Shown here piece by piece: positions 62,696-64,000 of a DNA stretch of 64,000 nucleotides. The stretch's first letter is position 1. Each line of letters opens with the position of its first letter. Source of the DNA: Catajapyx aquilonaris (taxonomy: Eukaryota); assembly GCA_000934665.2 (NCBI GenBank), contig JYFJ02002037.1, positions 1 through 64,000 on the forward strand, given 5' to 3'. The notes beneath the pieces are model-generated. The model did not search any database and was not told the origin of the DNA. It was given only the letters and a program-made list of their open reading frames with translations. The translations under genes and the position numbers were made by a program.

Positions 62696-63397
62696 CTGCA
62701 AACACAAGAGTGGAAGTCATGTAATCATGTCAAGTAACACACAAGTCATGGCAGATGAAGAGGAGGAATATTTCTCTTAGATTATCACATCACCACTGTA
62801 AGTTTTTAAGGGTGGCACAGCTGTGCAGCAGTCAGCACCACATAATTTGAGGTCCTGTGTTTAATGCCCGTACTGGACATGGGAATTTCGCAAGTGGAAA
62901 ATGCTTCAATTGGATCTCTGCCTCTTCCCATGACGGCTCTCAGGATTCTTCCGTTTCCTTCCAACTGTCAATTTTCATCACAGTGCAGTGCATGAAATGA
63001 GATGAAACGTCCATTTAACCCTCAGAGCCCGGCAAGTAAATGGCAGGTACTGCCGAGAAAGCTGGTAAGCATTTTTGTAATTTTTTAAAATCTCAAGTCC
63101 TCATGACCTAAAAAAAAATGTTACAATAAAAGATTATATGGGATAATTATACATCAATGTTTACCTCAGACTTGGGGCTTAAAAACAAATACAAACAAAA
63201 AACGCAAATGTGTGGGTCATGTGACCATGGCGGCCATTTTGCATCTATAATCCGGAGTCAGGCATAGATGGAAAGCAATATTGAAACAGCGCCCATACTT
63301 CTCAAATTTAAAATGATCAAAACTCAGCCAACTTTTTCTGAGTGATAGTATAGGCTACCTCTAATTTACCAATTCAATCAATGAATATAACATGATT

Positions 63398-63860
63398 CAG
63401 AGCTGCCAACCCTACCCCCCAAAAAATGAGGGGGAGGTAATGACATAATGAGGGGGATTGGGCATCTGAGAGGGGGATTTTGTGTCCCATCGTTCGCTAA
63501 GACGCCATCTTGTTCAAGGTGCAACTCCTGTGGTAGGTAGTGGGTAGTCTGTCGTGATTGGCTGGATCTTTCTTCCGCAGACTTACCACTTGAGTACACC
63601 TTGACAAAGATGGCGGATAGCGAACGATGTAGCGCGGCCAGCGCCAAATTCCCAGCCTGGTGAAGACACAGAAATTAAACTACCGTAGCCATACAACTAG
63701 GGGGAAGTGACATGGGGCTGAGTGAGGTAGTACTAGTACCAAATATAATAATTTAACGATAATCTCTACGGCGGGGGAAATAACCCTGCGTGAGGGGGGG
63801 CGGGGGAGAACACGTAAATGCGGGAGTCCCCCGCCCAATGCGGGAGGGTTGGCAGCTCTG
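63398..63860. mobile_element. hAT-like MITE with 6-bp TSD
   Basis: TIR CAGAGCTGCCAACCCT; TSD atgatt (63392..63397, 63861..63866); empty site aacatgattgaaacattt near 32195. Confidence 0.85.
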
Positions 63861-64000
63861 ATGATTAAAACATTTTTGCATACCGTAACCAACCTGACCC
63901 AACCAGTGCACCTGCACTGGTTTGAAAGCTGGGGATCAAGCATCTGCCTAGTGTGTGGGAAAGTGGGAAAGCCAGAGCCACGGCCAGAGCAGACATGCTG

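Overview
AT-rich eukaryotic genomic DNA, most likely an insect (spliceosomal introns, Drosophila-like gene content, TTAGG/AACCT-bearing repeats). I rebuilt three complete multi-exon genes by hand, with GT-AG junctions whose phases close correctly. PPP1R15/GADD34 (minus, 3 coding exons, 571 aa) sits head-to-head with a FAM114A2-like gene (plus, 5 exons, 625 aa), which sits tail-to-tail with kibra/WWC (minus, 12 exons, 1231 aa). There is also an orphan acidic exon near 62.5 kb and a spliced-looking, apparently non-coding unit near 7 kb. The rest is dense transposon material: a decayed long-TIR Tc1/mariner element, many MITEs (Tc1/Tigger, hAT, piggyBac, PIF/Harbinger, Merlin-, Sola- and P-like), a Transib with RSS-like ends, and three tRNA-derived SINE families. 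Best observations: (1) a 57-codon uORF ending 9 nt before the PPP1R15 start, whose peptide carries a PP1-docking RVxW motif; (2) a dense cluster of Scalloped/TEAD motifs, including a canonical tandem site, across the 5' half of kibra; (3) an old inverted paralogous block (28.5-31.5 kb vs 58.5-61.7 kb) that supplies empty sites for several insertions. No CRISPR array, rRNA or genuine tRNA gene was seen. All alignments and counts are by eye; no database was searched.
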